Part shown: piece by piece, positions 22,361-30,190 of the stretch
Numbering within the stretch: the stretch's first letter is position 1
Layout of the letters: each line of letters opens with the position of its first letter
The notes under the pieces: generated by a model
What the model was told of the DNA's origin: nothing
The model's database searches: none
What the model saw: only the letters and a program-made list of their open reading frames with translations
Assembly: GCA_963806325.1 (NCBI GenBank)
Contig: CAWDXL010000021.1
Coordinates: forward strand, 18,624-82,623
Direction of reading: 5' to 3'
DNA: 64,000 nt
DNA from: Candidatus Parcubacteria bacterium
Lineage (GTDB): Bacteria; Patescibacteriota; Minisyncoccia; Phycocordibacterales; JAKAEA01
Program-made: the position numbers and the translations under genes

Positions 22361-22431
22361 AGGGGAGTAGTGGAACGGCACCACGGGAGGCTCATAACCT
22401 CTAAAAGCAGGTTCGACTCCTGCCTCCCCAA
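22361..22431 (+). tRNA. tRNA with CAU anticodon, possibly the initiator tRNA-fMet
   Basis: Hand-folded cloverleaf: acceptor aggggag/ctcccca (A1xA72 mismatch), D arm gtgg-aacggca-ccac, anticodon arm ggagg-ctcataa-cctct, T arm gcagg-ttcgact-cctgc. The 1:72 mismatch and two G-C pairs next to the anticodon loop are initiator-like. Confidence 0.75.
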
Positions 22432-22499
22432 CACGTCGCCGGTTTTCCTGTAATATGAGCATTGAATGAATACGCATTGCGTGGTATGTTTATTTTGCT

Positions 22500-22572
22500 G
22501 TCAGCGTAGCTCAGTTGGTAGAGCACAGGACTCATAAGCCTGGGGTCGTGGGTTCGATCCCCACCGCTGACA
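22500..22572 (+). tRNA. tRNA with CAU anticodon (elongator Met or lysidine-dependent Ile2)
   Basis: Acceptor gtcagcg/cgctgac, D arm gctc-agttggta-gagc, anticodon loop ctcataa, T arm gtggg-ttcgatc-cccac. There is one A-G mismatch at 31:39. Confidence 0.8.
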
Positions 22573-22595
22573 CATTTTTTAACCTTGGCATTTGT

Positions 22596-22623
22596 TTGAC
22601 AAAGCTTTTTATGAGTGTACGAT
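22596..22623 (+). promoter_or_regulatory. Sigma70-like promoter candidate (TTGACA, 16 nt, TACGAT) for the downstream noncoding transcript
   Basis: ttgaca at 22596-22601 and tacgat at 22618-22623. Confidence 0.4.
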
Positions 22624-22629
22624 TAACAA

Positions 22630-23024
22630 ACGGAACGACCGAATAGCTATTGGATGGCTGTCGGGCGACGTTCTATTTTAGATACGTCCTGTTATTTGGG
22701 AGGTTCGACATGCCGTCGAACAATATTGTGGGTAGTGGCATACGGGTGGTTTTTGGCGAAGTTGTTGGAGAGCCGAGTACTCCTGGTGCTCAGCGACTTC
22801 AACTTTCTCGGTGTGTCTGAGAGAGACGCCGAGGATGCCAAGCCGGCTGGAAATAGGATCAGAGAGAGGGTGGTTCTCCTTTCTCAGGAAGTCTGCTTTA
22901 CAGACGTCCCCAGAGGTGCACGTTTCCGACGGCGGTTCTGAAAATGGGTTTGGGCGCAGTTAATTATTTTGCTTGATCGGGAGGTCACATCTATGAGGGG
23001 GCAATCAACGCCCCCTTTTTTTTT
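22630..23024 (+). ncRNA. Candidate structured ncRNA of ~400 nt, identity unresolved
   Basis: This is a 525-bp gene-free gap between tRNA genes with a promoter-like element upstream. A strong terminator sits at 22997-23024 (gggggc/aatcaac/gccccc plus T9). It contains local hairpins such as gttcgac-atgcc-gtcgaac and gtctg-cttta-cagac. The only long ORF (22654-22941) has an Arg/Cys/Trp-rich, non-protein-like composition. Confidence 0.45.
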
Positions 23025-23098
23025 ATTGCTTCAAAAGCAAAAATCTGTTACATTCTAGGGTATCTTCTAAAGTCTTCTGTGGCTTTCCAAGAAAAATT

Positions 23099-23172
23099 GC
23101 GGTCGTAGCTCAACTGGTTAGAGCACTCGCCTGTCACGTGAGAGGTTGTGGGTTCAAGTCCCATCGGCCGCG
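23099..23172 (+). tRNA. tRNA-Asp (GUC)
   Basis: Acceptor gcggtcg/cggccgc (one G-U pair), D arm gctc-aactggtta-gagc, anticodon arm ctcgc-ctgtcac-gtgag, T arm gtggg-ttcaagt-cccat. Confidence 0.9.
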
Positions 23173-23203
23173 CAAAAGTTTCGATTTCTATTATGGTAGT
23201 ATT

Positions 23204-23584
23204 ATGCTCATGGATAAAAATACCGCCATTATCTTGCAGGTAGGAGTCAAGGCTTTTCTTAAAAATAAGGAGGGGAAATATTTGCTGGTGCATCGATCAT
23301 CCGAAAAATATAAGGGTACCAAGGGCTCATGGGATATTGTTGGCGGCCGGATTAATCCCGGCACGAAGCTTGTTGAAAATCTCAAGCGTGAAATAGCAGA
23401 AGAAACACAGCTTGAAATGTTGTCTGAACCGACTCTTATATATGCTCAGGATATTATTCCAAATGCCGAACGGCATATTGTCCGTCTTACATATCTCGCG
23501 GCGACAGACGGTGAACCAGTCCTAGACTTGTCTGAAAATGTTGAATATAAATGGCTGACGCTCGCGGAGCTCGCAAATCATTGA
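23204..23584 (+). CDS. NUDIX hydrolase
   Basis: Nudix box GGRINPGTKLVENLKREIAEETQL. The start is taken at ATG 23204 to clear tRNA-Asp. A +1 frame continues as DDLDIYVREILDKGLIS to 23636, so the C-terminus may be cut short by another indel. Confidence 0.8.
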   Translation: MLMDKNTAIILQVGVKAFLKNKEGKYLLVHRSSEKYKGTKGSWDIVGGRINPGTKLVENLKREIAEETQLEMLSEPTLIYAQDIIPNAERHIVRLTYLAATDGEPVLDLSENVEYKWLTLAELANH

Positions 23585-23665
23585 CGATCTTGATATATAT
23601 GTGCGGGAGATTTTGGATAAAGGGCTTATCTCATAATGATTCGATAAGATTTTAGTCACACCATT

Positions 23666-24402
23666 ATGCTTTCAAATTCATCCGACCCACGCGCAAAAGC
23701 AGAGGAACAGCGAAGAATTAATGAAGAACAGAAAGTGGAAGAAAAAAAGCGCCGTGACCATGAGGAGCGTCTGCGCGCCATTGAAGCCAAGAAACGGGAG
23801 TATGAAAATAAAAAGAAGGAGCTTATAGCTGCACAAAACGAGCGCCGCCGTTTTGGAGAAGATCTTGAACATGCAAAACGGGCACTTGCTATGGGAGGCA
23901 AGATTTTGATATTACCAGTAGTCGGCATGTTCATGATGAAGAAATGTTGGCACAGCAGCAAGCTCATGCGTTGCAGGAAAAGACCCAGGAACAGTCAAGA
24001 ATTGACCGCGAGATCAGGGAGCTTGAATTACAGCTTGCCGACAAAAGAAAACAGCATGAGGCGTTAAGAGCTGAATTGGAACATGTTGGCCACGAGCCTG
24101 TGCACAAAAAAACTGGATTTGCAGCATTTACTCCCGAGCAGGTGGAAAAGAGAAAATATTTTGACACTACCAAACGGCAATTCTCTGAAAAAGAATCTAA
24201 ACTCAAAGATATGGATCAGCATATTCGCCAGCTTGCTTCCGACACCGAAAAAGATGAGCGTGATATTAGTCAACTCTTGAACGGGCGCGCTAGCTCAGGG
24301 CAAATATTATTTATACATATATATCGTAAAGTCCTGCGGAAGATAATCCGTGACAATTTCTACGCGGTCACAGAATGTTTTACAAAAGCCAGCGACAGAT
24401 GA
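23666..24402 (+). CDS. Hypothetical coiled-coil protein (Lys/Glu/Arg-rich), with a frame break near 23930
   Basis: ORFs 23666-24067 and 23944-24402 are both strongly charged heptad-like sequence (EEQRRINEEQKVEEKKRRDHEE..., REIRELELQLADKRKQHEALRAELE). The last ~95 nt overlap the convergent methyltransferase, so the true 3' end is uncertain. Confidence 0.5.
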
Positions 24403-24942
24403 CGGATCATAGGCAGCAAAATCAGCATCGTCAATATGGGTAGCACGGTTTAGCATATTAAATGCGACGCCGATAGTAGCGAGATCAAACATTTTTTTAA
24501 TGCAGGAAAAATAATATGCCTGGTGATTTTGTATCTTGAAACTCAATGCACCGGAGGCGAGAACATAGTCAAAAATTTTGTTATTGTCAAAATTATGTTC
24601 GAGAATATTGCCCGTCAAAAATTTTCCTTCTGGGTAGCGGGCAGCTGCATGTGCTGTAAATTCCGGCATGATATCAATGCCTGTATAATCGACTTCAATG
24701 CATCTTTTCAGAAGATATTTATACAGATCGCCCAAGCCGCAACCCACGTCAAGAATACTTTTGTTATGTATGTCGCCGATGCCGAGCAATACGTCAAATC
24801 GTATGCGCTGATTGCGCGCGTCGCTCCAGTGCAGGCTGCGCGCGTCGGCGTCGCCAAATTCCGTCAAAGCTGTTTCGTAAAAATCATGAAGCCGTTTCTT
24901 GTCGTTTTCTTCAATGTGAGGAAGGGGAGTGATGTTTGCCAT
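24307..24942 (-). CDS. Class I SAM-dependent methyltransferase
   Basis: Motif I ILDVGCGLGDL. The start is taken at MANITPLPH (24942), because the longer ORF to 25080 reads antisense through the tRNA-Thr 5' exon. Confidence 0.8.
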   Translation of the reverse strand: MANITPLPHIEENDKKRLHDFYETALTEFGDADARSLHWSDARNQRIRFDVLLGIGDIHNKSILDVGCGLGDLYKYLLKRCIEVDYTGIDIMPEFTAHAAARYPEGKFLTGNILEHNFDNNKIFDYVLASGALSFKIQNHQAYYFSCIKKMFDLATIGVAFNMLNRATHIDDADFAAYDPSSVAGFCKTFCDRVEIVTDYLPQDFTIYMYK

Positions 24943-25038
24943 AGGGCTTATGATATGCGCGAACCATATTTTTTGCAAAAATACTGAAAATACCCTAATA
25001 TGAGGCGTACCCAGGTTTTTCAGTTCATTACAATATAT

Positions 25039-25313
25039 GCCGATGTAGCTCAGTTGGTAGAGCACGTCATTGGTAAACAAAATTGCCCTTCATCTTGGAA
25101 ACGAGATGCTGAAGCCCGAATAACGGTTAACGTCCATGTGTGTGGATAAGACCGTGGCGACAATCGCCCGAACGACTGACAAGGGGTGCTTCACTCATGA
25201 AAGCATGGGTATGCGCAAGATACAGTCTAACCCTCCTATAATCCGCCACGGCGGAGAAATGGAGGTAGATGTGAATGACGAGGTCAACGGTTCAATCCCG
25301 TTCATCGGCTCCA
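25039..25313 (+). tRNA. tRNA-Thr (GGU) interrupted after anticodon position 36 by a ~199-nt intron; encoded CCA
   Basis: The 5' exon is gccgatg-ta-gctc-agttggta-gagc-a-cgtca-ttggt (25039-25074). The 3' exon is aa-tgacg-aggtc-aacgg-ttcaatc-ccgtt-catcggc-t-cca (25274-25313). Joined, they give a perfect 73-nt cloverleaf with loop ttGGTaa. Confidence 0.85.
25075..25273 (+). ncRNA. Group I-like self-splicing intron in the tRNA-Thr anticodon loop (no ORF)
   Basis: The 5' exon ends in U and the insert ends in G. The insertion site between nt 36 and 37 matches known bacterial tRNA group I introns. The internal gcaagatacagtctaac resembles the conserved AAGAUAUAGUC core element (from memory). Several stem-loops are present (ggcga-caa-tcgcc, tccgc-cacg-gcgga, cctcc...ggagg). 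Confidence 0.65.
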
Positions 25314-25358
25314 ACATAAATAAAAGCACTGCATTTGATATGAGGTGCTTTTATTTAT

Positions 25359-25646
25359 ATGGATATACGTATATTGGGACAGAGGTTTGATGATTACTCG
25401 AAATATATTCGCGGACTTTCAAAGCACACGATTGCAAGAAATAGGCTAGTGCTCAGGCTTTACTGCAATTACAGCAAGGTTGCAAACATAGAGGAGGTGA
25501 CAGAAGAAAGCGTACAAGGTTTCTTTGTATACGGTAGAACGCAGCGTCAGTGGAAAGCAAATACTTTTATTGTATTCAGCTTGTCGCTCCGAGTGTTTTT
25601 TAGATGGGATTGGTTAGAAAATTTGGTAGAGAATACAAACATTTAA
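25359..25646 (+). pseudogene. Tyrosine integrase remnant (N-terminal SAM-like core-binding domain only)
   Basis: 95 aa with the pattern ...YIRGLSKHTIARNRLVLRLY...VTEESVQGFF...ANTFIVFSLSLRVFFRW. It is typical of phage-integrase N domains but has no catalytic domain. It lies directly 3' of the tRNA. Confidence 0.55.
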
Positions 25647-25836
25647 TTCATTAAGATAAGTTCGAACGCTGTCCTAGAGGATTAGAGAGATAGACCTCAT
25701 TACTCATACTAACATGATTTATAAATGACACATCTATTTTACTTTGTCAAAATAGTATGTTAAACTACCCGGTAGGTAGTTGTTTGAAATAAACCATAAA
25801 CCGAGCTTTTGGCTTACTCACGAAAGGATGTGTCTC

Positions 25837-27752
25837 ATGCAGGTTACACCTCGCATCTACCAAAACGTGGCTGTGGAAGTTGCACTCAAGGGTCTGCGAG
25901 GCAGCCTCAGGCGCGCTCTCGTAGTCCTCGCGACAGGTCTTGGCAAAACCTTGACCGTCGCGTTCATCACCAAGAAATTCCGTCCCAAAAAGACGTTGTT
26001 TCTGGTTCACAACAACTTCATCCTCAAGCATGCCTTGGATGAGTTTCGCCTGGTTTTCGATGAGAAGACAACGATGGCGACATACAATGGCATGTCGAGA
26101 GATGGAGCAAAGGAAGCCGACATGGTTTTTGCTACCTGGCAGACCATGAGTAAAAACCTCAAGCGCTGGGCACGAAACCACTTTTGATCTCATTATTGTG
26201 GATGAAGCTCATCACTCGGAGGCTGATACCTATCGACCGGTGACTGCGTATTTCACTGGAGCGAAGCTTGGTATCACTGCTACGCCTGATCGACAAGACG
26301 ATGCGGACATCCGTGACGTCTTTGGTCCGGAAGTGATCAATATCACGCTCGAAGAAGCTATTGCCCGCGGGTGGCTGCCTCGAATCGAGTATCACGTCAT
26401 CACTGACGAGAGTCTCGACGAGAACATGCTTCAGAAAATCGTTGGAGAGATCCGCGAAGGTAAGAAGCGTTTTACGATGGCAGAAGTCAACCGTCGTATC
26501 TTCATCAAGAAGCGTGATGTTGAGATCACTCGGATCATCAACGGCTACGCCGAGAAGGCTGTCGTGTTCTGCAGCTCGATCACTCATGCTGAGCGACTGA
26601 GCCAGACGCTTGACCTTGCCGCAACCTTTCATTGCAAGAAGGGTAGCGGACAGAAAGAGACCTACAATCAAAATCGTGATACTCTCGAAGATTTGAAGAA
26701 TGGGAAAGTTCGTCGGGTGTGCGCAGTCAATGCCTTCAATGAAGGTGTGAATGTGCCAACCGTCGGACTCGTCAGCCTTCTGTCGGGTCACTGGAGTCCT
26801 GACGATTTTCCGGCAACAGTTGGGTCGCGGGCTTCGTCCTGGAAAGGACAAGCTCATCGTTCTCGACTTTGTCGGGAATCTCGAGCGCATTCAATTGGTG
26901 CTTGAGATGATGAACAAGGTTTCTGATCTTCATGAACAATATACTCCTAGGGATGAAATTGAACGTGAAGGTTATGTCCGGCAGAAGTTTGAAGTATCCG
27001 GAAAAGGATTTGAGTTTACCTTCTCTGACAAGGTAGTGGACTTAATGAAAGTTTTGCAGCATTGCGAACGGCAATTTTACCCGACATGGCAGGAAGCCAG
27101 TGGAGTAGCTGCAAAATTGGGGATTAGAACCAAGGAGGAATACTACAGGCGTTATATGGAAGATGAACGTCTCCCAAGTAGTCCTTCGAGCATGTATTCT
27201 GATTTCCCCGATTGGTCGATGTTTCTGCGAGGAGAAATGCGCAAAAATTATTACCCAACTCTGGATCAGGCAAGGAAGTCTGTACAGAAGTTGGGTATTG
27301 TATCTTATCCGGAATACAAGAGGCGTTTTAAGGAGGACTCGCGTCTTCCAAGTAATCCGAACAGAGAATACCGCAATTTTCCAGGCTATCGAATCTTCTT
27401 GGGGGTGAGCAAGAAAAAGTACAGGACATGGCAGGAAGCCAGTCGTGCTGCTTTAAAGCTTGGAATAGACTCTCTTTCTGAATATCGTAAGCGTCGTAAG
27501 GAAGATCTTGCTCTTCCAGGTGATCCCAATTTCACCTACTCTGATTTTCCAGGCTATCGAGTATTCTTCGGTAGAAATTTTCAGTCAAAATATCAGTCCT
27601 GCATTTTGGCTGCAAAAGCTGCAAGAAAATTGGGTATTCACTCGGCGAGTGATTACAAGCAGCGTTATAAGCAGGACCCACTCCTTCCTGGCAACCCTTA
27701 CGGGATGTATGAGGATTTTCCGGGCTGGCCCCAATTCCTTGGCAAGAAGTGA
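25837..27752 (+). pseudogene. SF2 DEAH-box helicase (type III restriction res-subunit-like) with a C-terminal 4x ~57-aa repeat; two frame breaks
   Basis: Motif I LATGLGKT, motif II IIVDEAHH (restored by shortening T4 at 26182-26185), motif VI QQLGRGLRPGK in the third ORF. The C-terminal repeats follow the pattern W/LxxA...KLGI.S..EY..R.KED.RLP..P...Y.DFPGW..FLG. Confidence 0.75.
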
Positions 27753-27765
27753 AAGGACTTACTTT

Positions 27766-27803
27766 AGCCCCGCACATCAGAAATGGTGGAGCGGGGCTTT
27801 TCA
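27766..27803 (+). terminator. Hairpin terminator candidate after the helicase gene
   Basis: agccccgc...gcggggct (8 bp, 17-nt loop) followed by ttttcatt. Confidence 0.45.
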
Positions 27804-28102
27804 TTGTTAATAAAGATGAAACAGAAACCCCGAACCGAAAGGAATGGGATTTAATTATTATATAAAAAAGGCACCGGAGAATCTCATGGATTCAAGAACG
27901 GTGCCGTATCTAATCATTACTTAAATGAAGTGAAAGAAGACATGATTTCTCAAAATTATGCTGTTGTTCTTTCTATAAAAGACAAATCAAAAAGCGGTCA
28001 ACTTAGAAGTCAGTTACTTCAAAAAAATCAACTTGTTGAGTTAGTAGAGAATGCTATAAAAGTTAAAGCATAGTAGTTTTTAGAGTTACTTTTTATTAAA
28101 GA

Positions 28103-28140
28103 AAAAGAGCCGCCCAACCTGATGTTGAAACGGCTCTTGA
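28103..28140 (-). terminator. Terminator candidate for the minus-strand gene 28164-28565
   Basis: On the minus strand aagagccg...cggctctt (8 bp, 18-nt loop) is followed by ttttcttt. Confidence 0.45.
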
Positions 28141-28163
28141 ATTGCCCGAAGCATGGTGTGAGT

Positions 28164-28565
28164 TCACGCAGCCTCGCGAGTCTCCAGATAGTCCTGCACA
28201 GTGTAGACCATACCCTTGAGCTCTCCCTCAAGGACGGACATCGCTGAGATGCAGCGGGGTCGATCGATCTTGCCGCCACCTTCGGCTTGCTTGAGCGAAC
28301 GATCCAGATGATGGATCTGCTGAAGGCAGAAGTGAATGCGGAGTGCATAGGTACGAAGGTCTTCACCTTTGAGTGCCTTTGAAAGGGTTTGATCAACCCA
28401 TGCCGCATTGCGCTTCATTGTGTCGCGGAACTGGCGCACCAGCTCCACAGCGTTGGGCTGCATGAGAGCTTCAGCAAAGACAAGCGGATACGCCGCCTGT
28501 CGGAACGCGATCTGTTGATCGGTATCAAGGGGACTATTTGGAATAGCCTTAAATGGGCCGAGCAT
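28164..28565 (-). CDS. Hypothetical protein (island cargo)
   Basis: About 133 aa starting at MLGPFKAIPN, preceded by gaggtg 5-6 nt upstream. GC-rich. No recognisable motif. Confidence 0.5.
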   Translation of the reverse strand: MLGPFKAIPNSPLDTDQQIAFRQAAYPLVFAEALMQPNAVELVRQFRDTMKRNAAWVDQTLSKALKGEDLRTYALRIHFCLQQIHHLDRSLKQAEGGGKIDRPRCISAMSVLEGELKGMVYTVQDYLETREAA

Positions 28566-28959
28566 TAGGCACCTCACTTTCTTGTGGTTAAGGTTCTAGC
28601 GCTAATACTACGCAAAAAGCGAAGAAAGGCAAGAATACAGATAGGCTCAGAACGTGTCAGCCCCCGTGTCCCTTAAAATCGAGGCGTGTGCGATTGTGTC
28701 CCCGCTGTTCGACGAAGTGCCACTCCTGGAAGAGTGTTCGCAACGTGGGGCAACGTGACAAGCGTGTGAGGAAAACTAGGCACGATCATTGCGCAAAGCA
28801 GCGACCTTTTGATATAATTAGTTGGGTCTTTTTGGAGACTTTTATTGGGAGCAAAAACGGGTGATAAACTGGCCCCCACAACGACATACATTTAATGAAC
28901 TGAAACACGATTATAGCCAGTAAAATAAAGCCTTGTAATGGTTTAGACCTCGGGAGAAT

Positions 28960-29006
28960 ATTTGGTAATGACGAGGTCAACGGTTCAATCCCGTTCATCG
29001 GCTCCA
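28960..29006 (+). repeat. Direct repeat: intron-less copy of the tRNA-Thr(GGU) 3' half (att-like island boundary)
   Basis: ttggtaatgacgaggtcaacggttcaatcccgttcatcggctcca is identical to exon 1 nt 25070-25074 joined directly to exon 2 (25274-25313), with no intron. Confidence 0.85.
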
Positions 29007-29099
29007 ATTACTCATACTAAACAGATTTTTGTTGTAAATATTGATGTGTTATTGTGACGGGAGGTTGTTTTTATGTAAAAATTTTCTCAGATTTTGAAT

Positions 29100-29384
29100 T
29101 TAAATTATGTTAGGATTCCGAGTGCGCAGCTGAAGATAAATATTCCGACCGTAAATAAAAAAGCTCAGTACCTGGGCGGTTGAGAAGACAACGTCCTTAA
29201 TGTGAATCGAATAAATCAGAATAATAATCGTGCCAAGGACGCTCAGATACCAGAAGCCCATCGGTATGGTGACCGCTTTATTTTTTTCAGAAGCGATCCA
29301 TTGCACGATGAATCGCAAAAAGAAAATGAATTGGCCAAAAAAGCCAAAGACGATCCAGGGATTAAAAAGATCTGCGATACTCAT
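29100..29384 (-). CDS. Small membrane protein, lipid-A-biosynthesis N-terminal (LAB_N) domain-like
   Basis: 94 aa with three TM helices and the pattern GFFGQFIFFLRFIVQW...EKNK. It overlaps the upstream GT2 gene by 4 nt, which is a common pairing. Confidence 0.6.
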   Translation of the reverse strand: MSIADLFNPWIVFGFFGQFIFFLRFIVQWIASEKNKAVTIPMGFWYLSVLGTIIILIYSIHIKDVVFSTAQVLSFFIYGRNIYLQLRTRNPNII

Positions 29385-30136
29385 AATAAAATGCTTTTAA
29401 AAGAAAAATGTATCGGATGCAGAGAATCGGCGTCCTTGTGTTTGATGTGGTAGCTTATCCGCAGTGCCGTGACCAATCCTGTAATTCCATATATGAAGCG
29501 GGACATGCTATATTTGCTTGCCCCATGAATTCGCCGGCGGTGATGGACTTTTATTTCTGTTATTGAAGTATAGCCATGTGCTTTGGCAAGCATGGGTATA
29601 AAACGATGGAGACTGCCGTATAAAGGCAGGCTTTGTGCCGTTTCTCGGCGGTATGCCTTGAAACCGCAATTGTGATCATGAAGGTATATGCCGCTTGCGA
29701 TTGACGTGACAAAATTATAAATTTTTGAGGTTTGATTTTTTACCAGAGAATCAAGCCGCCTGTATTTCCAGCCCGACACAAGATCATATCCATCATCAAT
29801 TTTTTTGATAAATCTCGGAATTTCAGAAGGATCATCTTGTCCGTCTCCATCCATTGTAATGAGTATGCTGCCGCGGGCAAGATCAAAACCTGCGCGCAGC
29901 GCCGTGGCCTTGCCATAATTTTTATCAAAATTGATAGCTTTGATATGTTCTCGGTCGCGCAGATAGAGTTCTGTAATTTTTGATTCAGTACCGTCGGTGC
30001 TGCCGTCATTGACGAAGATTATTTCGTACGTGCGCATTCCAGCATCCATAATGCGTTTGATTTGTGCATAAAGAATGGGAAAATTATCTTCCTCATTAAA
30101 TACTGGAATAACTATTGATACATCAAAAGAATGCAT
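29381..30136 (-). CDS. Family 2 glycosyltransferase (polyprenyl-phosphate sugar transferase-like)
   Basis: VSIVIPVFNEEDNFP...IIFVNDGSTDGT...ITMDGDGQDDP, the GT-A DxD signature. Confidence 0.85.
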   Translation of the reverse strand: MHSFDVSIVIPVFNEEDNFPILYAQIKRIMDAGMRTYEIIFVNDGSTDGTESKITELYLRDREHIKAINFDKNYGKATALRAGFDLARGSILITMDGDGQDDPSEIPRFIKKIDDGYDLVSGWKYRRLDSLVKNQTSKIYNFVTSIASGIYLHDHNCGFKAYRRETAQSLPLYGSLHRFIPMLAKAHGYTSITEIKVHHRRRIHGASKYSMSRFIYGITGLVTALRISYHIKHKDADSLHPIHFSFKSILL

Positions 30137-30190
30137 GATATTGAAATATATTTCCTGCGTAGTATGTAACGTACAGACGAGAAATATATT

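Larger units (their letters stand above)
25314..28959 (+). mobile_element. Degraded integrated island at tRNA-Thr(GGU), bounded by a 45-nt direct repeat of the tRNA 3' half
   Basis: The full tRNA lies at the left end and its 3'-half copy at 28960-29006. An integrase N-terminal fragment sits next to the tRNA. The cargo is visibly GC-richer than its flanks (judged by eye). Confidence 0.65.

Noticed and set aside
22654-22941. A 95-aa ORF inside the tRNA-cluster gap
   Set aside because: Its composition is Arg/Cys/Trp-rich and it has no ribosome-binding site. It sits inside a promoter-to-terminator unit full of hairpins, so it is better explained as noncoding RNA.
22573-23098. Assigning the ~400-nt ncRNA candidate as tmRNA, RNase P RNA or SRP RNA
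   Set aside because: I could not find the RNase P CR-I/CR-V strings (GAGGAAAGUCC, ACAGAA..CGGCUUA). There is no tRNA-like T-arm with acceptor end for tmRNA, only a weak GGUUCGAC resemblance at 22700. The SRP GGAAGGAAGCAGC motif is also absent. The RNA is left unassigned rather than guessed.
25689-29021. A 14-nt repeat, attactcatactaa, at 25689-25702 and again immediately after the half-tRNA at 29007-29020
   Set aside because: It is suggestive of a second nested att junction. However, a 14-mer match in 64 kb of AT-leaning sequence is within chance expectation, and the left copy is not preceded by tRNA-like sequence.
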